Positions 1 to 9,647 of a stretch of DNA of 24,420 nt are shown here, piece by piece; position 1 is the stretch's first letter; each line of letters begins with the position of its first letter. The notes beneath the pieces are model-generated. The model did not search any database. It saw only the letters and a program-made list of their open reading frames with translations, and was not told the origin of the DNA. The position numbers were made by a program, and so were the translations under genes. This DNA is from Clostridia bacterium. GTDB taxonomy: Bacteria > Bacillota > Clostridia > Christensenellales > Aristaeellaceae. Location of the stretch: positions 1 to 24,420 of the forward strand of contig JAZLIA010000041.1 of assembly GCA_045617125.1 (NCBI GenBank), read 5' to 3'.

Positions 1-1
1 T

Positions 2-1207
2 GAAGAAGTCCGCCCCATCTGGTGCGAAGTGGGCGTTCTGCCCCGCACTCACGGCAGCGCGATCTTCACCCGCGGCGAAACGCAGGCCCATACCGTGACC
101 ACCCTCGGCATGGTGAGCGAGGCTCAGCAGCTGGACGGCCTGTCCAATGAACAAAGCAAGCCCTATATTCACCAGTACAACATGCCCTCCTACGCCACCG
201 GCGAAGCCGGCCGTCTGCGCAGCCCCAACCGCCGCGAGATCGGTCACGGTGCTCTGGCCGAGCGTGCTTTGGTTCCCGTGATCCCTTCTGAAGAGGAATT
301 CCCCTATGCCCTGCGCCTGGTGAGTGAGATTCTGGGCAGCAACGGCTCTTCCTCCATGGCCAGTGTGTGCGGCAGCACCCTGTCCCTGATGGATGCGGGC
401 GTTCCCATCCATGCCCCCGTTGCCGGTGTGGCCATGGGCCTCATTCAGGACACTGAAAGCGACAAGCTGGCCGTTCTCACCGATATCCAGGGCCTGGAAG
501 ACTTCCTGGGCGATATGGATTTCAAGGTGGCCGGCACCATGAACGGCATCACCGCAATCCAGATGGATATCAAGATCAAGGGCATCAACCGCGAGATCCT
601 CTCCCGCGCACTGAGCCAAGCTCTCCGCGGAAGGCTGCACATTCTGGGCCTGATGCTGGAAACCCTGGGACAGCCCAGAAAGAACCTCAGCAAGTATGCT
701 CCCAAGATCGTCTCCTTCACGATCAATCCTGAAAAGATCGGTGAAGTGATCGGGCCCCGCGGCAAGATGATCAACAAGATCGTTGAAGAGACCGGCGTGA
801 AGGTCGACATCGAGGATGACGGCCGCGTGTTCATCTCCACCAACGATCAGGCTGCGGCTGACAAGGCCAAGTCTCTCATTCTGGGCATCGCCAAGGACAT
901 CGAAGTGGGCGATGTGTTCACCGGCAAGGTGGTGCGCATCATGAACTTCGGCGCCTTCGTGGAGCTGGCCGGAGGCAAGGACGGCATGATCCACATTTCC
1001 AAGCTGGATAACAAGCGTGTGGAAAAGGTGGAAGACGTGGTGAATGTGGGCGACGAACTGGAAGTGAAGGTGTGCGAGATTGACAGTCAGGGCCGTATCA
1101 ACCTGATCCGCAATGACATCGTATATGATAACCCCTCCTTCACCCGCGCTCCTGCCAGCAACCGTCCTCCCCGCAGAGACGGCCGCGACAGCAAAAAGAG
1201 CGAGTGA
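2..1207 (+). CDS. pnp: Polynucleotide phosphorylase (PNPase), C-terminal ~400 aa; 5' end is outside the window
   Basis: Frame 2 is open from the window edge ([28 protein letters not shown] = second RNase PH-like core motif). It is followed by a KH-like segment ([20 protein letters not shown]) and an S1 domain ([28 protein letters not shown]). TGA at 1205-1207. Confidence 0.93.
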   Translation, partial: EEVRPIWCEVGVLPRTHGSAIFTRGETQAHTVTTLGMVSEAQQLDGLSNEQSKPYIHQYNMPSYATGEAGRLRSPNRREIGHGALAERALVPVIPSEEEFPYALRLVSEILGSNGSSSMASVCGSTLSLMDAGVPIHAPVAGVAMGLIQDTESDKLAVLTDIQGLEDFLGDMDFKVAGTMNGITAIQMDIKIKGINREILSRALSQALRGRLHILGLMLETLGQPRKNLSKYAPKIVSFTINPEKIGEVIGPRGKMINKIVEETGVKVDIEDDGRVFISTNDQAAADKAKSLILGIAKDIEVGDVFTGKVVRIMNFGAFVELAGGKDGMIHISKLDNKRVEKVEDVVNVGDELEVKVCEIDSQGRINLIRNDIVYDNPSFTRAPASNRPPRRDGRDSKKSE

Positions 1208-1224
1208 CCGCATAGAATATTTCC

Positions 1225-1260
1225 GGAAGGGGTCGGTGCGCATGCATTGGCCCCTTCTTG
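1225..1260 (+). terminator. Possible weak stem-loop downstream of pnp (partial terminator or processing site)
   Basis: GAAGGGG (1226-1232) pairs with CCCCTTC (1251-1257) around an 18-nt loop, followed by TTGTGT. The U-tract is poor and the next gene starts at 1272. Confidence 0.25.
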
Positions 1261-1271
1261 TGTAAGCAAAT

Positions 1272-2531
1272 ATGATGAAAACATTTCAGCTATCCAACGG
1301 CATTCCCGTTTTGACCGAGCTCATGCCCTCGCTGCGCAGCGTATCTGTGGGAATATGGATCCGCGCAGGCAGCTTCACAGAAAATGAGGATCAGAACGGG
1401 CTTTCCCATTTCATGGAGCACATGGCCTTCAAGGGCACAAAAACGCACACTGCCCGGGAAATGGCCGAGCTGGCCGACTGCACCGGCGGTGAGCTCAACG
1501 CCTACACCGACAAATTATGCACCTGCTACTATATGAAGGTGGTGGATGAATATCTGCCGGAGGCTCTGCGCCTGCTTGGCGAAATGGTGGTGTCGCCCCG
1601 GCTGGATCCTGCCGATTTTGAAAAAGAAAAAGGCGTGATCCTGGAAGAGATCGCCATGGTGGAGGACAGCCCCGAGGAAACCATTTTTGACCTTCTGGAA
1701 GAGGCGGCTTTCCGTGATTCCCCTCTCGGGCGCACCGTGCTGGGCCCGGCTGAGCGCATTCAGGCATACCGGCCAGAGGATCTTCTTTTCTACCGGGAAA
1801 AGATGTACGTTCCCGGCAACATCGCCGTATCCGTTGCCGGGCATTTTGATGAAAACGAGCTGCGGGATCTGTTGGAACGTGCTCTCAGCTCTCTCACAGG
1901 CAGGGGACGCACTGAATATGCCCCGCAAAGGATCAACGAACCGGCCCGGGCACTGTTTCTTGACAAAAACATCAGCCAGACCCACATGGCCCTGTGCTAT
2001 CCCGGGCTGCCGTTGGGTGATAAGCAGGTATACGACCTGGCTGTACTCAGCAACATCTTAGGCGGGGGCGATTCTTCGCGCCTGTTCCAGAAGATCCGCG
2101 AGGATGCCGGGCTGGTTTACCAGATCTACACCGGCCCCACCTCCTACCCTGGCACCGGTGAAATGACGGTGTATGCCGCCTGCAGTCCCAGAAACGCGTC
2201 CCGGGTGCTGGACATGATCGACCGGGAGATGGAAAGCATCATGCGCACCGGGCCCGACGAAAAAGAATTTGAGCGTGCCCGTGCACAGCTGAAGGGCAGC
2301 TTCGTGATGGGATTGGAAAGCTCCTATAACCGCATGAACGCGCTTGGCAATCACTATACGCTGCTTGGACGCTGTCTTTCCCCGGAAGTGACCCTGGAGG
2401 GCATCAACGCCGTGACGATCGAAAGCGTGTCCGCTCTGGCAGGACAGCTCTTCAACCTCCCCCGATCTGCCGCGTTCGTGGGAAAAAGAGCGGAGAAGCT
2501 GGCTGCTTCCGTTTCCCTTCAGCCACGCTGA
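1272..2531 (+). CDS. M16-family (pitrilysin/insulinase-like) zinc peptidase
   Basis: Inverted zinc motif HxxEH (HFMEH) near the N-terminus, a downstream acidic EE segment (ILEEIAMVED), and ~420 aa two-lobe size. It sits just downstream of pnp, as mlpA/ymxG does in Bacillus. Confidence 0.88.
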   Translation: MMKTFQLSNGIPVLTELMPSLRSVSVGIWIRAGSFTENEDQNGLSHFMEHMAFKGTKTHTAREMAELADCTGGELNAYTDKLCTCYYMKVVDEYLPEALRLLGEMVVSPRLDPADFEKEKGVILEEIAMVEDSPEETIFDLLEEAAFRDSPLGRTVLGPAERIQAYRPEDLLFYREKMYVPGNIAVSVAGHFDENELRDLLERALSSLTGRGRTEYAPQRINEPARALFLDKNISQTHMALCYPGLPLGDKQVYDLAVLSNILGGGDSSRLFQKIREDAGLVYQIYTGPTSYPGTGEMTVYAACSPRNASRVLDMIDREMESIMRTGPDEKEFERARAQLKGSFVMGLESSYNRMNALGNHYTLLGRCLSPEVTLEGINAVTIESVSALAGQLFNLPRSAAFVGKRAEKLAASVSLQPR

Positions 2532-2629
2532 CACCAAGGCGCCGCCCGGATCCGTTTACCATACATGAACGGAAGCCGAAACCTGAAAATAACAAAACAG
2601 CAAGATTTCTCCCTCACCGGAATAAATGA

Positions 2630-2669
2630 GCCTCCCGATCCGTTATCTTTTCGGCGGGCGGCTTTTTTT
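2630..2669 (+). terminator. Rho-independent terminator downstream of the M16 peptidase gene
   Basis: The GC-rich imperfect stem GCCtCCCGatCCG (2630-2642) pairs with CGGcGGGcGGC (2652-2662) around a 9-nt loop, followed immediately by T7 (2663-2669). Confidence 0.6.
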
Positions 2670-2848
2670 GCCCCGCTTCCCAGCAAACGAACCGGGAAGA
2701 TCCGCCTGCTTTATACTAAACGAATTTTATTGTGAAAGTTTCGCGTGAAACAACCAGATTAGACAAAATTGACTTTCATTTATCGTAACGATCCGTTTTC
2801 GGAGCATGGGAATTAGTATTATGTTCCCGTCACCTGATGCGGGCAAGG

Positions 2849-2877
2849 TTGAATTTGAAGCATGATTTCGTTATAAT
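2849..2877 (+). promoter_or_regulatory. Near-consensus sigma-A-type promoter for the 2898-8767 gene string
   Basis: TTGAAT (2849-2854), a 17-nt spacer, then TATAAT (2872-2877). RBS GGGAGGG at 2884-2890 and ATG at 2898. The leader would be very short. Confidence 0.55.
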
Positions 2878-2897
2878 AATGATGGGAGGGATTCTTC

Positions 2898-3980
2898 ATG
2901 AAAAAAACGATCCTCTTTTTGCTTCCGCTCCTGCTGTTTCTGTCTTTCTGCGCGCTTGGTGAGGAAACCGCTTTTCGCCTTGAAAGCGTTGTGACGGAAG
3001 GACCGGAGGGCAGCTTTGTGCTTTGTCCGGTTCTGACTGGCGGGGATGAAACAATCTCCGAACGGGTCAACGCGCAGATCCGCGAGCTTGGCGGCATCGA
3101 CAGCTCCCTTTCCCTGCTTTCCGGCATAACTCCCGGCTCCGCCGGGCTGAAGGTAAGCTGGGAAAGCAATTATTCCGCAGAACAGTCCTGCCCTCAGGTG
3201 CTGTCGCTGATGATCCGCTCGGAAGGAAAAATGCCGAAGGGCCGCCCGGGCATCCGCGTTTTTTCCATGACCTTCGACCTTACGAGCGGAGACAGGCTCA
3301 CCTTTTCCGACCTGTGCACCGATGAAGCAGCCGCACGGCAGAAAGCCGACCTGCTTTGCGAGGAAGAAATTGAACCGGAAATATCCGATTATATGCGTGC
3401 TTCTTTCATCACGCCGGTGCCCTGTGACGATTTTTATCTGGACGGTCGGGGCAATATCGTTTTCTATTATGATCCGGACCAGTTCAGCTTCGTATCCGGT
3501 GCTCCCGGCGCCATCGCCCTTTCCCTTCATGATATTGAAGGGATCGACAGCAGCGAAACCGGCTTCTGCACAAAAGCGCTGGTTCCCGGAAAAGCGGATC
3601 CCGCGCTGTCCCTCCTGGGAGCCGGCCTGGATGAAACCCTCTCTTCCCTGCGAGCTCCTTTTGACAGCGAATGGTTTCCCGGAGGCGAAGAGTGGCGCGT
3701 GGAGGAAGCGCTTTTCAGAGGCACCGGCATCGTTTCCACAGACGGCTGCACGGTGACCGGGCTCACCTTCCGGGTGTTTTTTCCGGAAGGGACCGAATCA
3801 TCCGCCATTTCTGTTCCGGAAGGCAGTCTGTTCAGGCCCTTCACCCCGGAAGAAAGCGACTACCTTAACACAGAAGAGGGAAAAGCTCTTCAATATGAAA
3901 AAAACGGCATCCGCTTCATCTGCTTTTTTGACAGCGAGGATGCACTCACTCTGGTGTTCTGTGAAAAAAGGAACGAATAA
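2898..3980 (+). CDS. Exported protein of unknown function; central region resembles the DUF3298 (RsiV/PdaC-type) fold
   Basis: N-terminal signal peptide MKKTILFLLPLLLFLSFCALG|EE (the LSFC lipobox is atypical). The pattern SMTFDLTSGDRLTFSDLCTD ... FYLDGRGNIVFYYDPDQFSFVSGAPGAIALSLHDI matches my memory of the DUF3298 signature, but no HMM was run. Strong RBS. Confidence 0.7.
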   Translation: MKKTILFLLPLLLFLSFCALGEETAFRLESVVTEGPEGSFVLCPVLTGGDETISERVNAQIRELGGIDSSLSLLSGITPGSAGLKVSWESNYSAEQSCPQVLSLMIRSEGKMPKGRPGIRVFSMTFDLTSGDRLTFSDLCTDEAAARQKADLLCEEEIEPEISDYMRASFITPVPCDDFYLDGRGNIVFYYDPDQFSFVSGAPGAIALSLHDIEGIDSSETGFCTKALVPGKADPALSLLGAGLDETLSSLRAPFDSEWFPGGEEWRVEEALFRGTGIVSTDGCTVTGLTFRVFFPEGTESSAISVPEGSLFRPFTPEESDYLNTEEGKALQYEKNGIRFICFFDSEDALTLVFCEKRNE

Positions 3981-3995
3981 ATAAGGAGACATACG

Positions 3996-6900
3996 TTGAA
4001 GAACGAAAAAGCAAAAAAAACAGCACCCCGGTTGGAGACCACCTGCCGATACGCAGCCTTTTCCCTGTCGGCAGGGTTGGTTTTTCTGGTGCTGTCTGCG
4101 GGCGCCCTGCTTTCCAACGTGGCCGGAGGCCCTCTGTTTGATGTGCTGAGAAGTGGAATGCGGGGCCTTTTCGGCATGATGAGCTTCATTTTCACACTGC
4201 TGCTCCTGTGGCTGGGATTGCTTTTTACAGTTCAGGCCTATCATCCCGTCAGCTGGAGAGGCTTTATCTGCATTTTCTCCATTTGCTTACTGCTTTCCAG
4301 CGCGATCGATCTTTTTTCCGGCACAGGCACTCAGCCCTTTGTAAGCTATATTACCGAAAGCAGCGTACTGGATCAAAGCGCCCTGGTCAGTTGGATGTCC
4401 GTGTGCGGCACCGCCTACAAGCAGGGACTCACAAGGGGCTACGGCACAGGCTTTGCAGGCATGCTTCTGGCCTATCCCCTGCACACCCTGCTCACCGATA
4501 TACCTGCTGGCATCGTTTGCCTTACCGGAGATATCGTATTGGTGTTCGTGCTGCTGCGCACCAATCCCATGCGCGTGTTTGATCGGCTGAGCGACCTGAT
4601 GGAATCCCGGCGGCAGAAACGCTACGAACAGGAACAGAAGCAGAATGTCCAGCAGGAGCAGGAGGAGCGCACCCGCTTTACCGCTCAGGCGGTTTCCGCC
4701 CGCAGGCAGGCTCCCGTTCCCCCCATATACCGAAGCTTTGTTCCCAGCCCTGCGGAACCGGAGCAGAACATGAGCGACATTTACGATGTGCCCACAATGC
4801 AGAATACGGCAGCGGACGCTCCCGTTCCCGATCCGGAGGATACCGGCTTTATCCGGGAAGAGGATCTTTACAGCCCGGAAGAGACCGCATATAAAGATGT
4901 TCTCAGGCGCGAGCCCGCCTCCGTTCCCCCTGTTTCCGCTTCCTCCCGCAGGCCTTCCGCGCTTTCTGAAGAAAACCGGGAAACAGTTTCTTCCGTCCGT
5001 TCTTCCGCTTCTCCACGTGTTCCCGTTCAGCCCCCCATGCAGGAGCCTGAACGCACAGAAAGCAAAAAGACCGTTCCCGCGCGTAAGAACCCCACAGTGT
5101 CCGAAGAACCCGCGATGCAGGATTACTACGATGTTCTTCCGGAACCGGATGCATATGAAGAATCCTTCATCCAGGACGCAGCTCTAAAAGAAGATCTCAC
5201 GCTTCAAAAGCCTGAAAAGCCGAAAAAAACCGAAACAGCCTTCGCTTCCTTCCGGGGAAACGATGCTTCCGCAAAAACAGAAGCCTCAAAAGAAGCAAGG
5301 GCCGAAGCCCCTCAAACGGCCAGCGAAGAGGAATCTTCCTCCCTCAGCGGCACTGACTCCGCCTGGCTTGAGCTGGTGCGTGCAAAACAGCAGAAAGCGT
5401 CTTCCGGTCAAAGCCGCGTAGCCGCAGGACGTATGGCCTCCTCCGACCGTCCTAAAGAAGTGAACACCGCCCCCGTCATGCCTCTCACCGGCGAGATCAT
5501 CCCCATTACTCCGAGGGATCCGGTCCTTACCGGCGACCCCTCCCGGCGCGGCATAGACGGGCACGAGCATCAGCTGCCCAAAGGGATCCAGGTGAAGATG
5601 GACCTGCCTGTTGTCTACACTGCCCCGCCTATTGATCTGCTTTCCCCGCCTCCTGCCACGGCACAGAACACCCAGGCAGAGGATCAGGCCCGCGCCCAGT
5701 GCATCGTGGATACGCTTGAAAGCTTCAAGATTCCCAGTGAGATCCGCCAGATCATGCACGGCCCGGCCATCACCCAATTTGCCATCCAGATCGGCGCAGG
5801 CATCAAGGTGAGCAGCGTGATCGGCGTGCAGGATAATATCGGCCTGCAGATGGGCACCAACCGGGTGCGTGTGGAAGCGCCCATCCAGGGCACCAATTAT
5901 ATCGGCATTGAGGTGCCCAACCTGAAGGTACGCCCCGTAACGCTGCGCGAGGTGCTGGAAAGCGATGCGATGAAGGAGACCCAGAACGCGATGACCGTTG
6001 CCCTGGGCAAGAACATTGCAGGCACCCCCATCCTTTGCGATCTGAGCAAAATGCCTCATCTGCTCATCGCCGGCGCCACCGGCAGCGGAAAATCCGTGTG
6101 CATCAATTCCATCGTGTGCTCGCTGATCTATCGGGCCTCCCCTCAGGAAGTGCGCCTTATCATGGTGGACCCCAAGCAGGTGGAACTGCAAACCTATAAC
6201 GGCATTCCACATCTGCTCGTGCCTGTGATCTCCGACCCCAAAAAGGCCGCCGCCGTGCTCAACTGGGTGGTAAATGAGATGTTTGACCGTTACCACAAAT
6301 TCAGTGAGCACAAAACCCGCAACATCGCCGGTTACAACAAGCTGATGGAAGGCACCGGCGACACGATGCCCAATATCGTGGTGATCATTGACGAAATGGC
6401 CGACCTGATGGAGGTCTGCCGCAAGGATGTGGAGGAATCCATCCGCCGCCTGGCCGCCCTGGCCCGCGCCGCCGGGATCTATATGGTTCTGGCAACTCAG
6501 CGGCCTTCCGTGGACGTGATCACAGGCGTGATCAAAAACAACATTCCCAGCCGCATCGCCTTCGCCGTTTCCAGCGCCATCGACAGCCGTACCATTCTGG
6601 ATATGGGCGGCGCAGAAAAGCTGGTGGGAAAAGGCGATATGCTCTACAAGCCCACCGGACAGGTTCCCCTGCGTGTACAGGGCTGCTTCCTTTCCGATGA
6701 CGAGGTCAACTCCATTACCGATTATGTCAGCTCCCGCTACGAAACCAATTATGATCCCAACATCCAGGAGGAGCTGGATCACGCCAACGATCACGACAGT
6801 GACGAAGAAGAAGCTGATGACGTGCCGGTTTCCTCAGGAGACAGTCAGTCCTTTGATGACCTGCTGGAGGAAGCCATCATGATGGCCATTGAGGATGAAC

Positions 6901-7076
6901 AGATCTCCACCAGTATGCTTCAGCGCCGTCTCCGGGTAGGGTATGCCCGCGCTGGTCGGTTGATCGACGAAATGGAAAAGCGGGGTATCATTTCCCGCTC
7001 TGAAGGCAGCAAGCCGCGTAAAACGCTGGTGAGCCGGGAGGAATACCTGCGCATGGTGAAGGAAAGCGAGGAATAA
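3996..7076 (+). CDS. ftsK: FtsK/SpoIIIE-family DNA translocase
   Basis: TTG start 7 nt after AAGGAGA (3983-3989). N-terminal 4-5 TM helices (aa ~20-187), then a ~345-aa P/E/S/A/Q-rich linker. Motor domain with Walker A GATGSGKS (6072-6095) and Walker B IVVIIDEMADL. C-terminal winged-helix gamma domain (STSMLQRRLRVGYARAGRLIDEMEKRGIIS). Confidence 0.94.
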   Translation: MKNEKAKKTAPRLETTCRYAAFSLSAGLVFLVLSAGALLSNVAGGPLFDVLRSGMRGLFGMMSFIFTLLLLWLGLLFTVQAYHPVSWRGFICIFSICLLLSSAIDLFSGTGTQPFVSYITESSVLDQSALVSWMSVCGTAYKQGLTRGYGTGFAGMLLAYPLHTLLTDIPAGIVCLTGDIVLVFVLLRTNPMRVFDRLSDLMESRRQKRYEQEQKQNVQQEQEERTRFTAQAVSARRQAPVPPIYRSFVPSPAEPEQNMSDIYDVPTMQNTAADAPVPDPEDTGFIREEDLYSPEETAYKDVLRREPASVPPVSASSRRPSALSEENRETVSSVRSSASPRVPVQPPMQEPERTESKKTVPARKNPTVSEEPAMQDYYDVLPEPDAYEESFIQDAALKEDLTLQKPEKPKKTETAFASFRGNDASAKTEASKEARAEAPQTASEEESSSLSGTDSAWLELVRAKQQKASSGQSRVAAGRMASSDRPKEVNTAPVMPLTGEIIPITPRDPVLTGDPSRRGIDGHEHQLPKGIQVKMDLPVVYTAPPIDLLSPPPATAQNTQAEDQARAQCIVDTLESFKIPSEIRQIMHGPAITQFAIQIGAGIKVSSVIGVQDNIGLQMGTNRVRVEAPIQGTNYIGIEVPNLKVRPVTLREVLESDAMKETQNAMTVALGKNIAGTPILCDLSKMPHLLIAGATGSGKSVCINSIVCSLIYRASPQEVRLIMVDPKQVELQTYNGIPHLLVPVISDPKKAAAVLNWVVNEMFDRYHKFSEHKTRNIAGYNKLMEGTGDTMPNIVVIIDEMADLMEVCRKDVEESIRRLAALARAAGIYMVLATQRPSVDVITGVIKNNIPSRIAFAVSSAIDSRTILDMGGAEKLVGKGDMLYKPTGQVPLRVQGCFLSDDEVNSITDYVSSRYETNYDPNIQEELDHANDHDSDEEEADDVPVSSGDSQSFDDLLEEAIMMAIEDEQISTSMLQRRLRVGYARAGRLIDEMEKRGIISRSEGSKPRKTLVSREEYLRMVKESEE

Positions 7077-7081
7077 GCAGG

Positions 7082-8767
7082 ATGAAGCAGAAGTTTTCTG
7101 TAAAAAGCATGGCGGAAACGACAAAAAAACGTTTCAAACTTCCCATGATCTTCAGCGTGATCACGTTTGCGCTGGCACTGGCAGCGATCTGGATCGTTCC
7201 TACGAATTCGGAACCGGGAGCCTCATCTGCGTCAGCGGAAGGGGGTTCGATCTTCCTTTACCTGTTTGAAGCCTTTTTGAGCGGCTTGGGCTTTTCCGTG
7301 TTCGGAGCACTGCTGTCCGAAGCCCTTAAGAAAGTACGCCTTCGCCTGTGTTTACCATTAGCCGGTTTGCTCCTGGGCATCGGGCTGTATATTCTCTTCA
7401 GCAAGGCCGTGCCAAACACGGACGCAAGCATCGCCCTTTTCCTTTCCGCCGCGCTCCTGTGCTGCACTCTGATCGCCTGCGGAAAGCAGCCGCAGCAATC
7501 TTTGGGCCGTTCACTCGGCTGCTTCATCCTTTGCGGCGCGGTGGCGCTGCTGATCCTGCTCATCCTGATCCTGTTGCTTGACGCGGTGATCGCACTGTTT
7601 ATGCCAGAATACCCGTGGGAACTTACAAACCGGCTGCAGATCACGTTTACAGCCGCCGCGGGGCTGCTGGCCGCCCCATTCCTGTTGTTTTCGTTCCTGC
7701 CGGATCAAGAAACATCCCATGAAAACGACACCCTGCTTCGCAAGCTCCTGGCCTGGGTCATTCTGCCCGCCTACCTGATCCTGCTCCTGCTGCTCCTTTG
7801 TTATATCGTTACGATGATCATCAACTGGGAACTGCCGGTCGGCAAAATGAACCCTTATGCGCTTACCGCGCTGGGCACATTCACCGTGCTGCATCTTCTC
7901 CTAAACGGAGAGGAAAACCGCCTATCCCGCTTTTTCACCCGTTTTGGCGCTTATTTGCTTCTTCCGGTCGTGCTTACGCAGGCAGCAGCCGTGTATATCC
8001 GTATTGCAGCCTATGGCCTCACTGCGCTGCGCATCCTGGGCATCGCGTTTACCGCAGTCTGTCTGATCGCGGTGTTTGCTTCCCTGCTGCGTAAATACGG
8101 CCGTGTGATCTTCCCAGTCAGCGCCGTACTGCTGATCCTTCTCACGATCACCCCTCTGAACGCGGAAACGCTCGCCCGGCTCGATCAGGAAAACCGGCTT
8201 TTCAGCGCACTTGAACATGCGGACATGCTATTGGAAGGGCACATCATCCGGCCAAACGAAAACGCATCTGCCGAAGATCAAGCCGTTATCTGGGCCTCAG
8301 CATCCTATCTGAACAGCGTCCGTTCATCTGCTCCGGAAGGCAGCCGGACTCAAGAACTGATCACACAGCTGAATGCCACATCAGAAAACGGTCAGTACGT
8401 TTTTTTCAACACAAGCGCCAAACTGTTATTCGGTTTCGATGAACCTGATAAAACGGCCTACATCCTTCGCAGAAAAGCGGAAGGCCAAGCCAAGACGGAC
8501 GAACTGGATGTTGCAGGCTTCCAGCACGCAAAACGGTATCTGCTCTATTTCAGGGAAGAAGGAGACTGGCGCGCGGAAGCGGACGGTGAGATCCTCACCC
8601 TTGATCAGCTTCTTCCCCTTGCCGACTTTGAGCACGAATGCATGACCGTTCCGGATATCCTGCTCCAGAGCGGGCGCACCCTGCGTATCAATTATTTTGA
8701 GCGCATTGAATACACATCAACAGGGGAGGTGTATTACGGCTTGTCCGCATGGCTGATGACCCCGTAA
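7082..8767 (+). CDS. Polytopic membrane protein (~10 TM) with a ~195-aa C-terminal soluble domain; function unknown (possibly DUF4153-like, unverified)
   Basis: ATG lies 5 nt after the ftsK stop. There is a long run of hydrophobic helices to aa ~365, then a hydrophilic tail. No catalytic motif recognised. Confidence 0.78.
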   Translation: MKQKFSVKSMAETTKKRFKLPMIFSVITFALALAAIWIVPTNSEPGASSASAEGGSIFLYLFEAFLSGLGFSVFGALLSEALKKVRLRLCLPLAGLLLGIGLYILFSKAVPNTDASIALFLSAALLCCTLIACGKQPQQSLGRSLGCFILCGAVALLILLILILLLDAVIALFMPEYPWELTNRLQITFTAAAGLLAAPFLLFSFLPDQETSHENDTLLRKLLAWVILPAYLILLLLLLCYIVTMIINWELPVGKMNPYALTALGTFTVLHLLLNGEENRLSRFFTRFGAYLLLPVVLTQAAAVYIRIAAYGLTALRILGIAFTAVCLIAVFASLLRKYGRVIFPVSAVLLILLTITPLNAETLARLDQENRLFSALEHADMLLEGHIIRPNENASAEDQAVIWASASYLNSVRSSAPEGSRTQELITQLNATSENGQYVFFNTSAKLLFGFDEPDKTAYILRRKAEGQAKTDELDVAGFQHAKRYLLYFREEGDWRAEADGEILTLDQLLPLADFEHECMTVPDILLQSGRTLRINYFERIEYTSTGEVYYGLSAWLMTP

Positions 8768-8829
8768 GCACATCTGTTTGGATGGATTGACGCCTAAAAG
8801 ACCCTCCCGTTTGGAAACAAATGCAAAAT

Positions 8830-8858
8830 AACCGGCGGCAGAAAACTGCTCACCGGTT
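8830..8858 (-). terminator. Stem-loop at the convergent junction, overlapping the trmH-family stop codon; likely terminator for the minus-strand operon
   Basis: AACCGG (8830-8835) pairs with CCGGTT (8853-8858), with an inner GCAG/CTGC stem and AAAA loop. On the minus strand it is followed by TATTTTGCATTTGTTT. Confidence 0.4.
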
Positions 8859-9647
8859 CATTTCCCAGAAGGCAACCGCGGCAGCAGCCGCCACATTCAG
8901 CGAATCCACCCCGTTTTTCATCGGGATCATCACGGTCCGGTCCGCCTGCTTGACGGTTTCCGCTTTCAGCCCCGTCCCCTCCGTGCCGAAGAACAAGGCC
9001 TTTTTCCCGGGCAGAGTAAACCCCGCTTCCCGGATATCCATTGCCCGCTCATCCAGAGCCAGAGCATAGGTCATAAACCCGGCTTCTTTCAGCTGAGCGG
9101 GAAGCTCCCCATTCATTTTCACCCAGGGCACCTGAAACACCGTGCCCATGCTCACCCGCACCGAACGGCGGCACAGCGGGTCACAGCAATCCCCGCTCAA
9201 GATCACAGCATCCATTCCCAAAGCGGCAGCACTGCGGAACACCGTGCCCACATTGGTGGAATCGGTGATCCCCTCTAGCACAGCCGCTTTTTTTGCTTCT
9301 TTCAAAAGCCTGACCGGATCGGCCGCCGGGGGCCTTTTCATCAGGCACAGCACTCCTCTTGTAAGACGGTAGCCCGTCAGCTTTTCCAGAAGGTCCCTCT
9401 CCCCGTAATAAACGGGAATGTGTTTACCAAACCGCCCGCAGCGCTTTTCGATCGCTTCCAGCCGGTTTTCCTCCGCAAGGAAGGAGATCGGCTCCACTCC
9501 CGCGTTCAGCGCCGCGTCGATCACCCTCAGGCTTTCCGCGATCAACAGTCCCTCACCCGGCTGACCGTTGCGAAGCCCCGCATCGGTCAGATCCCGATAA
9601 GGGGAAAGAGCCGGGTCGGAAAGCGTCTCAATTTTCACTGTGTTCAT
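8850..9647 (-). CDS. TrmH/SpoU-family RNA 2'-O-methyltransferase
   Basis: N-terminal substrate-binding-like region (LIAESLRVIDAALNAG). SpoU motifs NVGTVFRSAAALGMDAVIL, ALFFGTEGTGL and IPMKNGVDSLNVAAAAAVAFWE. Its ATG (9647-9645) overlaps the upstream kinase stop (ATGA). Confidence 0.88.
   Translation of the reverse strand: MNTVKIETLSDPALSPYRDLTDAGLRNGQPGEGLLIAESLRVIDAALNAGVEPISFLAEENRLEAIEKRCGRFGKHIPVYYGERDLLEKLTGYRLTRGVLCLMKRPPAADPVRLLKEAKKAAVLEGITDSTNVGTVFRSAAALGMDAVILSGDCCDPLCRRSVRVSMGTVFQVPWVKMNGELPAQLKEAGFMTYALALDERAMDIREAGFTLPGKKALFFGTEGTGLKAETVKQADRTVMIPMKNGVDSLNVAAAAAVAFWEMNR

Noticed and set aside
2565-2735. 56-codon ORF in the 2532-2897 intergenic region
   Set aside because: There is no SD sequence upstream, it reads straight through the terminator hairpin and T-tract, and its product is low-complexity.
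4563-5600. About 345-aa P/E/S/A/Q-rich stretch in FtsK, considered as a tandem repeat or an insertion
   Set aside because: I see compositional bias but no periodic repeat unit. Long disordered linkers between the TM and motor domains are a known, variable feature of FtsK proteins.
5286-6794. 502-aa ORF antisense to the ftsK motor domain
   Set aside because: It lies fully inside a confidently identified gene on the other strand. The product is G/H/A/D/R-rich low-complexity sequence typical of antisense frames in high-GC DNA. No RBS or recognisable motif.
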